Positions 48,333 to 57,802 are shown, counted from the first letter of the stretch. The stretch is DNA of 64,000 bases from a bacterium (GCA_041946805.1 JBHGBC010000011.1:1-64000), one strand, 5' to 3'. Program-made: numbers and translations. The notes: a model not told the origin generated them from the letters alone.

Positions 48333-49121
48333 ATGAAGAATTTGGGTGTATGGGTGTTGGTTTTGGGGAGTTTGGTTTTCATCGCGCCCGCCGGACAGGC
48401 GCAGGTGATTTTCGCCGCCGATTTTTCCTCGGCCCAGGGCTACAAGGACGGCCCTCTGGTGGGCCAGCCGGCCGGAGCGAGCACGGTCTGGCTCAATGGC
48501 AACGACGCGGAGGGGAATCCGACCTACGCCGTGCTCAACCAGCAACTGGTCATTACCCAAGAGGTCGATGCGTCGGGGAACGCGTTTGACCGCTGGGTTT
48601 TGTATCCGCTGCCCCCGCAGACCGGCAAGTTCACCGTCACCTTCGATTGGCAATATGTCGGGCCCGCGGACGGTTCCGTCGACGTCGGCTTTTGTATCAG
48701 CGCCACGGAGAACTTTGCCATCGATGGCAATGACGCGCCGACCTACAACGAACAAGGGGTCATGTGCCGGATGCAGTCGGGCGACGGCACCGAGATCATC
48801 GACGTCCGTAACGGCGATTGGGCCGGCGGCGGAACCTATGATGCGTCGGAAGATATCTTTTACACGGACGGCGTGAAGTATTTCATGCGGTACGAAATCG
48901 ACGCGAGCCAAGCGGTCCAAACCTTTGATGTCTATCTGCGTCCCGAGGGGAAAGCGGAAATCAAACTGGCCGACTTGTTTGGATTCCGGCGCGATTGCCC
49001 CAACGGATTGGATACCGTGGCCATTTGGATGGATGGCGGTTTCGCGGGCACGAAGGTGATTATTGACAACATCGTGATCGCCGGCCCCGCGCCGGTCGGG
49101 GATTGGCAGGTTTACCAGTAA
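48333..49121 (+). CDS. secreted beta-sandwich (lectin-like) hypothetical protein ending PAPVGDWQVYQ
   Basis: Signal peptide ending GQA-Q; beta-rich and acidic; GAGG RBS. Confidence 0.8.
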   Translation: MKNLGVWVLVLGSLVFIAPAGQAQVIFAADFSSAQGYKDGPLVGQPAGASTVWLNGNDAEGNPTYAVLNQQLVITQEVDASGNAFDRWVLYPLPPQTGKFTVTFDWQYVGPADGSVDVGFCISATENFAIDGNDAPTYNEQGVMCRMQSGDGTEIIDVRNGDWAGGGTYDASEDIFYTDGVKYFMRYEIDASQAVQTFDVYLRPEGKAEIKLADLFGFRRDCPNGLDTVAIWMDGGFAGTKVIIDNIVIAGPAPVGDWQVYQ

Positions 49122-49209
49122 GAAAATCACCCCCGGCGCCGCCGGGAGGAATACGCGAGGGAAACGGTTCGAACGAGGGAAGTGGGGACAGCCTTCTTCC
49201 CTCAACCGT

Positions 49210-49872
49210 TTATCCCCGCTGCACGATATCCCCCCCGCTGACGAGGCCGTTGGAGGTGCTGTAGGGCAAGCCCCGGGTATCGGCGCCGGTGTTGCTGGGG
49301 ATGCCGATAAATCCATCCGGCCCGATGCTGAACAAGGCGAATTCGCCGGTTTTCAGGGGACTGATGCCGATGGACTGGGCGAAGGGATTGTTCAGCAAAT
49401 AAAGCCCGATGTTGTGATCCTCGCCCGGATCTTCGGGATCGTTATCGAAATAGATGTACGTTTGCCCGCGTTCGTCCGCGCCGAAGCCGATGGACAGGTT
49501 GTACTTCGATTCAAACGGATCGATGGGAATCGAGGAGAGATAAGCGACCGGCGTCGTAAGAGGGTAATATAGATTTTCGAGCGTGGTGGAGGGAGGCCGC
49601 TGGCCGACTTTGTTGAATACGGTTTCCCACCGTTTCAGGCCCCATTCCGTGTCGTCATCCCAAAAATCGAGCAACAACACCCCCTTATCGAGGCGGAGCA
49701 TCTGGATGGCGGAGGCCGTGGCGCGGATATCCGCCTGGGTGCGCGCCACCTTGGCCCGGATCTGCGCGTTCAGAAAATTGGGCACGGCGATCGCGGCCAG
49801 GATGCCGATAATCGCCACCACGATCAGCAATTCAATGAGCGTGAACGAAGCGCGCGAGGATTTCCAGTTCAT
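49210..49872 (-). CDS. prepilin-type (GspG-like) protein
   Basis: MNWKSSRAS|FTLIELLIVVAIIGILAAIAVPNFLNAQIRAKVAR; Ser at position -1. Confidence 0.9.
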   Translation of the reverse strand: MNWKSSRASFTLIELLIVVAIIGILAAIAVPNFLNAQIRAKVARTQADIRATASAIQMLRLDKGVLLLDFWDDDTEWGLKRWETVFNKVGQRPPSTTLENLYYPLTTPVAYLSSIPIDPFESKYNLSIGFGADERGQTYIYFDNDPEDPGEDHNIGLYLLNNPFAQSIGISPLKTGEFALFSIGPDGFIGIPSNTGADTRGLPYSTSNGLVSGGDIVQRG

Positions 49873-50020
49873 AACTTCCCACCCCGGTATTTTATTGACT
49901 ATCGATTGTTTATGGATAAATAGAATCGGTTCATTGTGCCTATTTCAGCGAAATCCGTCAACTGGAATTCAGTTGGTTGGCGGGCGACGCCGCGCTTTGA
50001 GCCTACCCTTCTCTTACTAC

Positions 50021-50036
50021 GCTTACCCCGTGCCAA
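50021..50036 (-). promoter_or_regulatory. possible sigma54 promoter of the prepilin gene
   Basis: Minus strand TTGGCACGGGGTAAGC: GG-N10-GC spacing; -12 box imperfect. Confidence 0.45.
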
Positions 50037-50039
50037 ATT

Positions 50040-50124
50040 CCCTCATCCTGATCCTCTCCCAAAGGGAGAGGGACTGGAGTATGACTATCCGGAAGCATAA
50101 AAAATCTCTCCCACAGGGAGAGGG
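50040..50124. repeat. two family A hairpins
   Basis: CCCTCATCCTGATCCTCTCCCAAAGGGAGAGGG and TCTCTCCCACAGGGAGAGGG. Confidence 0.75.
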
Positions 50125-50204
50125 AACCAAAGGCTGGGGGGGTATCGTGTAGCAGGGAGGGATGTTAGGTTGGTATCACGGCGCTCAATCCACTCTGCGT
50201 GCCC

Positions 50205-50365
50205 GTAGTTGTTTACCCGAATATGGATTTGTCCTAGGGCTTTATTCGTGGTATGGGCAAGGACGGGAACGTGAAACGATTCCCTCCCTCGGGGAGAGGG
50301 TCCGGGTGATGGATGCCCTGAAAGGGCATAATTCATTCTTTCTCCGCAATCGAGTGAATTGTTGC
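50205..50365. mobile_element. ~160-bp MITE-like element, copy 1
   Basis: Colinear with 63545-63707; degenerate GTAACTGTTTAC-type terminal inverted repeats; internal family A hairpin. Confidence 0.65.
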
Positions 50366-50377
50366 GGCATGCCGTGC

Positions 50378-52870
50378 TTATTTTTCCCACCAATGATCCA
50401 GCGCCTGGGATTCTGTAATGTATCCGTGGTAACGGCCCATCCAGTAGGCGGTCAGGTATCCGATGCCGCCGATTTCCGAGCGGATGGCCCCCTCCTCCTG
50501 CAGGATCAGGGTCGTATCGCTCCAGGTGGCTCCCCGGTCATGGCTGACATACAGGCCCGCCGGAGTGCCCACATAAACTTCATCCGCGTGGCGGGGCATC
50601 CAAAGGGATTGAACCCGGGGGATGTCCAAGCCCTTATTGCTGGCGTCCCAAGTTTTCCCCGCGTCGCGCGTGACCGCGATGCCGGTTTCCATTCGCCCGT
50701 ACCAGGTGTCGGGATTGCGGCGATCCACCTTGAGTTCCTGGATGGGAAAGCGGCGCGATAATCCGAACAACCGCCGCATTTCTTCCTGTTTGAAATCGCC
50801 ACCCTGATAGCCGGACAAGGCCCAATCCATGAGCGGTTTCAACTCCCGCAGCACCGGGATCCAGGTTTTCCCGCCGTCCTCACTGAAGGTGATCAGCGGG
50901 CCGGATGGTCCTTCGCTGGATTGGATGGCGCGGAAGATCCGGCGCGAAGCCCCCTCATCCACCATCAGCCACAGGGGCCGCCCGGCCAAGGGATTCGCCT
51001 CCCCGAATCCGCCCCGCCGGGTGATCCGTTCCACCACACGCCATTCCGGTTCGTCCTCGGACTTGGAATAGAATTCCTGCACGGTTTGCATATAGTGGCG
51101 GGTTGTCTCTCCCCGCGGATCGGCCGCGAACACCGCTGGCGCGCCGCTGCCCTGGCCCACCACCCGCCAGGATGTCCCCAGATCGCGTTCGCCCCGATCC
51201 GGCGATTTGTAGATCCCTTCCGCGCCCACGGCGTAAATAACATGCGTGTTTTCGGGATCAACCAAGAGTCTCTGCGCACTCTGCGCAGAGACCTGTTCCC
51301 AGTTTTGTCCGCCGTTCATGGTGCGGTAGATTCCCCCGGATGTGGCGGCCAACGCGATCCAGGGATAATCGGGCGAAAAAAGAAAATCATTGACTTTCGG
51401 CAATCCCGGCATCGCGTGCCAGATCTCGCCCCGCGTGTTGCTCCAATAGGCGTATCCAGCCGTATCCGCGGCGAACTGAACATAGGGATCATGAGGGGAG
51501 ATTTCAACCACGGAGGCGATGCGGCTGAGCCAGCCATCCAGTTGATACGGGCTGCCCTTCCATTCGTACTCGTTGTCCGAGGGCCGCTCGTAACCGGGCA
51601 ACGGACGCAGCGCCTCCTGGTCCCGCCCTCCGTCCGTGAATTCCAAATCGGTCCGTATACTGTTCATCCGCGGTTGAAAAATGAGACACGTGGGAACGGT
51701 TTGCAAATACCACAGGGAGCCTTCCCGATCGCCGTATGCGTCCCCCAGAACAGCTTGATAGACATAATTGAACCAGGGATTCTTGTCACTCTTGTGGACT
51801 TTCCAGGAATCCTCCACCAGTTTGCGGTAATAAGCGCGCAGGGCGGGATCTTCCTCGATGAGATGGAGCAGGTACAGATCCCCCAGGAGATGATCGGTGT
51901 CATCAAAATTTTCCCGTTCCCCGCCCACGATGTTCTCTTTTGATTTTTCGGGATCGAGGAAACCCAGACGTTCCACCCAGGTGTCGTGCAAAGTCTTCAG
52001 TTTGTCGTTTCCTGTGATTAAATAAGCCACTTTCAAGCCGCATATCGCATAGACGGATCCATCCGAGGGCCGGTCTTGGCCGCCCAGGCCGCCCCACCCG
52101 CCGATCAGCACCGTGCTTTCGCGTTGGCCATCCGGAAACATAACCCGCATGTCGTGCTGGATGTGAATCCAGTTGGACATGTCCGTGACGATCTCCCGAA
52201 TCGCTTGTTTTTGGGATTCATCCGCGGCGAGGAAATAATAAATGCCCAAACCCCGGAACACCTGGTCGTAGTTGTGATGGCTTGGACCGCCGCGGTACCG
52301 GTAATCGCTGAATTCCCCTTTCCCTTGCTCCCACAGGTCGCGTGTGTCCGCGCCACCCCGTTCCTCGTAGGAAAGACCGTGTCCATAAGCGATCCCCCGG
52401 GCCAGGTAACCCGGTTGCCCGCTGACCAGGGTCAACTTCCGGATTCCGGAAATCACCTCATCCGCCCGTGCGTACGCTTCCAGGAATTCGGGGCTTGATT
52501 CCCCTTTGTCCTTGCGCCAAAACGCCACCCGGAACGCTTCCGCCGTGAGGTAGCATCCCGTCCACGAACTGGTGTGGGCGATGTTGGAAAGGCCCGTGGT
52601 CCCGTGATCGAAAATCCACCCGGGAGGCAGTTCGCCCGTTTCAACCAGCCGCTTCCAGGCCCCGGTCTGATCGCCTGTATAATGCCGGGGAGGGATGAGA
52701 CGGACAGAGGAGGGGCAAGTCCCCTCGATGTTGTGCCGTTCCTGCATGATCTTTTCATGCAGCAGAGCTTTGTCGTGCAGCGTTTTCTTCCAGCTGGAGC
52801 GGTCCCGGTGCGCGTCCGCAAGCAGGGTTCCGGCTAGAATCAGGGATAACAGTCCAATCGATTTCTTCAT
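50378..52870 (-). CDS. secreted protein: alpha-helical N-terminal domain plus BNR/Asp-box beta-propeller
   Basis: Signal peptide MKKSIGLLSLILAG; Asp-boxes TMNGGQNW, SEDGGKTW, TRDAGKTW, SHDRGATW. Confidence 0.75.
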   Translation of the reverse strand: MKKSIGLLSLILAGTLLADAHRDRSSWKKTLHDKALLHEKIMQERHNIEGTCPSSVRLIPPRHYTGDQTGAWKRLVETGELPPGWIFDHGTTGLSNIAHTSSWTGCYLTAEAFRVAFWRKDKGESSPEFLEAYARADEVISGIRKLTLVSGQPGYLARGIAYGHGLSYEERGGADTRDLWEQGKGEFSDYRYRGGPSHHNYDQVFRGLGIYYFLAADESQKQAIREIVTDMSNWIHIQHDMRVMFPDGQRESTVLIGGWGGLGGQDRPSDGSVYAICGLKVAYLITGNDKLKTLHDTWVERLGFLDPEKSKENIVGGERENFDDTDHLLGDLYLLHLIEEDPALRAYYRKLVEDSWKVHKSDKNPWFNYVYQAVLGDAYGDREGSLWYLQTVPTCLIFQPRMNSIRTDLEFTDGGRDQEALRPLPGYERPSDNEYEWKGSPYQLDGWLSRIASVVEISPHDPYVQFAADTAGYAYWSNTRGEIWHAMPGLPKVNDFLFSPDYPWIALAATSGGIYRTMNGGQNWEQVSAQSAQRLLVDPENTHVIYAVGAEGIYKSPDRGERDLGTSWRVVGQGSGAPAVFAADPRGETTRHYMQTVQEFYSKSEDEPEWRVVERITRRGGFGEANPLAGRPLWLMVDEGASRRIFRAIQSSEGPSGPLITFSEDGGKTWIPVLRELKPLMDWALSGYQGGDFKQEEMRRLFGLSRRFPIQELKVDRRNPDTWYGRMETGIAVTRDAGKTWDASNKGLDIPRVQSLWMPRHADEVYVGTPAGLYVSHDRGATWSDTTLILQEEGAIRSEIGGIGYLTAYWMGRYHGYITESQALDHWWEK

Positions 52871-53240
52871 GAAGATCACTCCCCATCGGCAGGTATCGAA
52901 ATGCTCCATTCGTGGGTGGATTGTAGTAGAGGATGGTGATTTTGGATACGTGGCCCTGGAGCCAGGAGGTTTCATGGCATAAAGGGCCATGCGGCGCCGG
53001 GACGGCGGACCTTCTGGTGAACCGTTGATCCCCAATCGCTCTTGCCCAAAACCCGGCTCAGCGGCATTCCCGCCCTCCCCTTCTTCACCTGGGGTTTCTC
53101 CTGGAGGATGGGGGATCCGTCAACTGTATGTGGTTGTTTCGTTTTTCACGGCGGCAATGGAATTTCGCCTGAAAAATCCATAGACTAGTCACCGTGAAAT
53201 CATGCGCGCCGTCCCATTCATCATGATGGCAGGTTGATCC

Positions 53241-56200
53241 ATGATCGTATTCCATGCTGGAATACTCGATAATCAATTCCTGTTATGGGGAGAGGCAAGC
53301 AAGACGGAAGCCGCGGCTCCCAAGCGCCGGGACCGTATGCCGAGAAAGGCCGGACAGACGCCCTATCCTTATGATGCGGGCCTGGAAGCGTTAACGTGGA
53401 CGTTCCAATCCATCGGCGGGTTCGCGCCCGCGGTACGCCCGCCGGACCGGACGGTATTCGCCTGGCTGCCTGCCAACGGCATGAATCCGGTTCCTTCCAG
53501 CCCGGTCATCGACGAGGAGTTTTCAGCCAAAGGAAAGCCCCAGCTCGCTCCCTGGCCGGTTTCCGCGGCCAGGGCGCCGGCAAATGAGATCCTCCCTTTT
53601 CTATGCCAATGCCAGGGCAAGGACCTGCTCGCGCCCGGCGTGTTGATCGGCAAAGACTTGGCCTACTGGGCCGGGTTGTCGCGTTACGCCGGCAGCTTGG
53701 CCGCCCGGCAGAAGTTTTTGCCTTCCTTGGAACGGGAGGGAAACGCCTATTACGCCCGCTGGCGCGCGGTGATCGAAGCCGGCGATCTGTCCACGCGGGA
53801 TCAGTGGATCAAAGCCATGCCGGCCGCTTGCCGCGCGCTGGCGTGGGACTCGGAGACCGAACCGCAAACCGCCCCGGCCTTCTTGGTTCCATTGTTTCTC
53901 AATTTCGTGGTGGACCAACTCGTCCGGAACGCCGGCGCTCGGCCTCCCGTATCTCCGCCCCCCCGCGGGAAGCACAAGATTCCCGTTTTCGACAGCCTCC
54001 ACGATCAATGGCTCCACGCCCTGCGCGGCCCCGATGGAAAGATGGACGGAGATGCCAGCGAATTGGAGCGCCTGGCCGCCCAGATCCGCGAATGGCGGCG
54101 GCCCATTGCCTTGATGACCCAAACCCCGTTCCGGCTGGCGTTCCGGTTGGAAGAGCCCGAGGATATTCCGGACGAAACCGTGTCTTCCCGGCGCCGGAAA
54201 AAGCCCAAGCCGGACACCTGGGAAGTCCGGTATTTATTGCAGGACGTGCAAGATCCCAGCCTGCTTATCCCGTTGGACCAAGTCTGGACTGCGAAGGGCA
54301 AAATGGCGGAACGGCTCAAGCGGACGGGTTTCCACATTCACGAGTATTTGCTCTCCGCGATGGGGCAAGCTTCGAACATCGATCCCCACATCGAAGCTAG
54401 TTTGAAACAGCCGAATCCCAGCGGACACGAGTTGGACACTCCCGGCGCGTATGCGTTTCTCACCGAGAAGGCCGCCATCCTCGAGCAGATGAATTTCACC
54501 GTACTCCTGCCGGCCTGGTGGACACGCAAGGGAACCAAACTGCGCCTCTCCGCGCGCGCCCACGTAAAAAGCCCGCCCATGCAAGGCGGCAGCGGAGTCT
54601 CGCTGGACGAACTGGTCCAGTTCGAGTGGCGCCTGGCGTTGGGCGGCGAGGAAATCTCCTACGAGGAACTGCTCGAGCTGGCCAAGTTCAAATCGCCTCT
54701 GGTGCGCCGACGGGGACATTGGGTGCAGCTCAGCGCCGAAGAGATCCAGGAAGCTATCGCGTTCTGGCAGTCCAAAGCTCCCGGGCAAGGCACGGCGCGG
54801 GGCGCCTTGCAATGGGCCTTGGGGAATACCGGTCCCGGCCCGTCCCTGGACATCAGCGGCATTACGGCGGACGGGTGGTTCAACGGCCTGCTGGAAGGAC
54901 TGAGCGGCCGGCAAACCTTCGAGGAGCTCGATCCGCATCCCTCGTTCACGGGCACGCTGCGGCCGTATCAGGCGCGGGGATATTCCTGGATGAATTTCCT
55001 CCAGCAGTGGGGATTGGGCGCGTGCCTGGCCGATGACATGGGCCTTGGGAAAACGGTCCAAACACTGGCCTGGATGCAACGCGCCTGGCACGAGAACGGC
55101 GGGCGTCCCTTTTTGCTGATCTGCCCCACCTCGGTGGTCGGCAACTGGCAGAAGGAGGCGGAACGGTTCACGCCCGATCTGCCGGTCATGATCCACCACG
55201 GAACCACGCGCCGGAAAGGGGCGGCGTTCGCGAAGACCGCGAAAAGACACGCGATCGTGGTTTCCAGTTACGCCCTGCTGCACCGCGATTTCCATCTCTT
55301 CGAAACCCTCACCTGGGCGGGCGTGATTCTCGACGAGGCGCAGAACATCAAGAATCCCGAAACGAAGCAATCCAAGGCGGCGCGGGCGTTGAAAACGGAC
55401 GGCCGCATCGCGCTGACGGGCACGCCGGTCGAGAACAACGTCGGCGATCTGTGGTCCATCATGGAGTTTTTGAATCCCGGCCTGCTGGGCACGCGGAATC
55501 AGTTCCGGGAACGGTTTTTCATTCCCATCCAGGCCACGCGCGACGAGTCGGCCATCCAACGCTTGAAACGGATCACCGGCCCCTTCATTCTGCGGCGCGA
55601 AAAGACGGACAAGTCCATCATCTCCGACCTGCCGGACAAGCTGGAGATGAAGGTCTTCTGCAACCTGACCCGGGAACAGGCAACCCTCTACACGGCGGTG
55701 GTGAACGAGGCCTCCCGGGACCTGGAGGAAGCCGAAGGCATCCAACGCCGGGGCGTGGTGCTGGCGGCGCTTTCCAAACTCAAACAGGTCTGCAACCATC
55801 CCGCCCAGTTTTTGGGGGACCGCTCATCCATCCCCGGCCGCTCGGGCAAACTGGCCCGCCTCACCGAAATGTTCGAGGAACTGCTGTCCGTGGGGGACAG
55901 GGCGCTGATCTTCACGCAATTCGCGGAGATGGGCGCGATTCTGCAAGGCTGCCTGCGGGAACAGTTCGGCCGGGAAGTGCTGTTCCTGCACGGCGCCACC
56001 GCCAAGAGCAAACGCGACCAGATGGTGGAGCGGTTCCAGCGGGAGGACGGCCCCAGTGTGTTCATCTTATCTCTGAAGGCCGGCGGGACCGGCTTGAACC
56101 TCACCCGCGCCAATCACGTATTTCATTTCGACCGGTGGTGGAATCCCGCGGTGGAAAACCAGGCGACGGACCGCGCCTTCCGCATCGGGCAGACCCGCAA

Positions 56201-56381
56201 CGTCCAGGTGCATAAATTTCTTTGCGTGGGTACCCTCGAGGAAAAGATCGACGCGATGATCGAACGCAAAAAGGAGGTCGCCGCCGGCGTGGTCGGCAGC
56301 GGCGAAGCCTGGCTGACGGAACTCTCCACCGAGGAATTGAAACAACTTTTCGCCCTGAGCCAGGACGCCGTGGGGGAATAA
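53241..56381 (+). CDS. SNF2-family helicase (DUF3670/SNF2-associated type)
   Basis: LRPYQ, LADDMGLGKT, DEAQ, LTGTPVEN, SLKAGGTGLNLT, WWNPAVENQATDRAFRIGQ, GEAWLTELST.EL..LF.L. Confidence 0.95.
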   Translation: MIVFHAGILDNQFLLWGEASKTEAAAPKRRDRMPRKAGQTPYPYDAGLEALTWTFQSIGGFAPAVRPPDRTVFAWLPANGMNPVPSSPVIDEEFSAKGKPQLAPWPVSAARAPANEILPFLCQCQGKDLLAPGVLIGKDLAYWAGLSRYAGSLAARQKFLPSLEREGNAYYARWRAVIEAGDLSTRDQWIKAMPAACRALAWDSETEPQTAPAFLVPLFLNFVVDQLVRNAGARPPVSPPPRGKHKIPVFDSLHDQWLHALRGPDGKMDGDASELERLAAQIREWRRPIALMTQTPFRLAFRLEEPEDIPDETVSSRRRKKPKPDTWEVRYLLQDVQDPSLLIPLDQVWTAKGKMAERLKRTGFHIHEYLLSAMGQASNIDPHIEASLKQPNPSGHELDTPGAYAFLTEKAAILEQMNFTVLLPAWWTRKGTKLRLSARAHVKSPPMQGGSGVSLDELVQFEWRLALGGEEISYEELLELAKFKSPLVRRRGHWVQLSAEEIQEAIAFWQSKAPGQGTARGALQWALGNTGPGPSLDISGITADGWFNGLLEGLSGRQTFEELDPHPSFTGTLRPYQARGYSWMNFLQQWGLGACLADDMGLGKTVQTLAWMQRAWHENGGRPFLLICPTSVVGNWQKEAERFTPDLPVMIHHGTTRRKGAAFAKTAKRHAIVVSSYALLHRDFHLFETLTWAGVILDEAQNIKNPETKQSKAARALKTDGRIALTGTPVENNVGDLWSIMEFLNPGLLGTRNQFRERFFIPIQATRDESAIQRLKRITGPFILRREKTDKSIISDLPDKLEMKVFCNLTREQATLYTAVVNEASRDLEEAEGIQRRGVVLAALSKLKQVCNHPAQFLGDRSSIPGRSGKLARLTEMFEELLSVGDRALIFTQFAEMGAILQGCLREQFGREVLFLHGATAKSKRDQMVERFQREDGPSVFILSLKAGGTGLNLTRANHVFHFDRWWNPAVENQATDRAFRIGQTRNVQVHKFLCVGTLEEKIDAMIERKKEVAAGVVGSGEAWLTELSTEELKQLFALSQDAVGE

Positions 56382-56388
56382 GAGAAGA

Positions 56389-56490
56389 GGGGATCGGTTT
56401 TTGTCTGAATCCAGATGGTCAGGATGAACAGGATGAACAGGATGAACAAGATAATGATGGGTTACGCGGTGTCGCGCCAACCCATCCTAC
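56389..56490. repeat. family C element (inverted copy of 44479-44570)
   Basis: Reverse complement reads GTAGGATGGGTT..TAACCCATC..(CATCCTGTT)n..ATTCAGACAAAAACC. Confidence 0.85.
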
Positions 56491-56755
56491 AACTACTAAT
56501 CACTGCCTCGGATAGAAATCGCGCATATCCTCCCCACGAAGACATGGTTCAAGGCCATCGGCCCTTGTTTGACTATTAGGGACGCCTTGGCGGACATCCG
56601 GATCGGATTTCGGTCTTTTCCCCTTGCGAATCGGGATCCGCAGGTTGGATAAATCAATAATAGGATAGATTGATCCATTCAATTTCCATATAATGGGATT
56701 CATTCAAAACGGGACCGTCCGGTTCCCGCATTTTCGTCATGGGGAGGTTATTGCG

Positions 56756-57646
56756 ATGATTTCAAGCTGGAAGGAAGCGGTTTTGGTGGCGGTTGGCCTG
56801 ATGTGGTTGGGCGTTTCCGCCGAGGCGGGCAAAGTGGAATGGGACTTCTCCGCCGCGACTTTGACCAATGGCGGACCTCCGGTGATACCCAGCACCTGTA
56901 CACTGGGTGGAACGGTGGAGGATTGGACGTTCGACGGGAATCCGCTCAACTACGACCCCAGCGTCTCCGGGGCGGCGGATCTCAGCCAGGGCTATCTGCA
57001 TTTTCTGGATGACGCCACGATTAGTGGAAACGTGAGTTTGCTCACCTCGGACCATTTCGAGACACGCAACCTGTACGCCCTGTCCGGGCCGGGCGACCAG
57101 CTGTGGCTGGTGTGCGATCACCAGATGATCAAGTACGGCCATCGCGCCAACCTGCAGCCGGGCACGGTGGACGCAACCCGCGGCCAGATCTTTTGGGTTT
57201 CGTTTTTGACGTCTAACGGGACCGGGCTGGGGATCCAATACGTGGCGGGGAATTACAATACCGAGGACTATATGTTCTTTACCGCCATCGGCAACAGCGA
57301 TGAAACCCAGGATGTGTACCAAAACGAAAACCGGCTGATCGAAGAAACTGGGGATCAACCCAATCTCGACCGCCGGACCGTGTATATCCGCGTCACCGAA
57401 AATGATGACAGCGCGACCGTCACGGTGGACGTGAAGTACGACAAGGGAACCTACCGGACGATCGACGCCGCCTACGCCGGGGCGATCACCGATTACCCGG
57501 CGGGTAACGAGGCGGGCTGCGAGAATTACCTGGCGGTCATCGGGAACAACTCGGGCAGCGGCGCGATCGAGTTTAACCTGTACAAACTGACCATCTCCGA
57601 CGTGGATCCGGAGGGGACCCCGGTGGCGGAGTGGTCCTTGTATTGA
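56756..57646 (+). CDS. secreted beta-rich hypothetical protein ending GTPVAEWSLY
   Basis: Signal peptide ending AEA; GGGGAGG RBS. Confidence 0.8.
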   Translation: MISSWKEAVLVAVGLMWLGVSAEAGKVEWDFSAATLTNGGPPVIPSTCTLGGTVEDWTFDGNPLNYDPSVSGAADLSQGYLHFLDDATISGNVSLLTSDHFETRNLYALSGPGDQLWLVCDHQMIKYGHRANLQPGTVDATRGQIFWVSFLTSNGTGLGIQYVAGNYNTEDYMFFTAIGNSDETQDVYQNENRLIEETGDQPNLDRRTVYIRVTENDDSATVTVDVKYDKGTYRTIDAAYAGAITDYPAGNEAGCENYLAVIGNNSGSGAIEFNLYKLTISDVDPEGTPVAEWSLY

Positions 57647-57683
57647 GCGGCGGCCGATGGGCATGAACCCGGTCACGAATTTC

Positions 57684-57722
57684 TCCGCCCCGTGGATCCC
57701 TCGATCCGCGGGGCGGATTTTT
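57684..57722 (+). terminator. intrinsic terminator
   Basis: 15-bp stem TCCGCCCCGTGGATC/GATCCGCGGGGCGGA followed by T5. Confidence 0.8.
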
Positions 57723-57802
57723 GGGAAGCGGTCCGGATACCGCCTACGGGCTATCGGGATTTCGGAACGGATGACTTACTGAGACGCAGTACTATTTTTC
57801 AA

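Noticed and set aside
3041..49872. Pilin paralogues as silent cassettes for antigenic variation or DGR targets
   Set aside because: Each has its own start and full signal peptide; no template repeat, reverse transcriptase or recombinase is in the window.
56418..56452. Tandem CAGGATGAA units considered as a CRISPR array
   Set aside because: 9-bp units with no spacers and no cas genes; part of the family C repeat.
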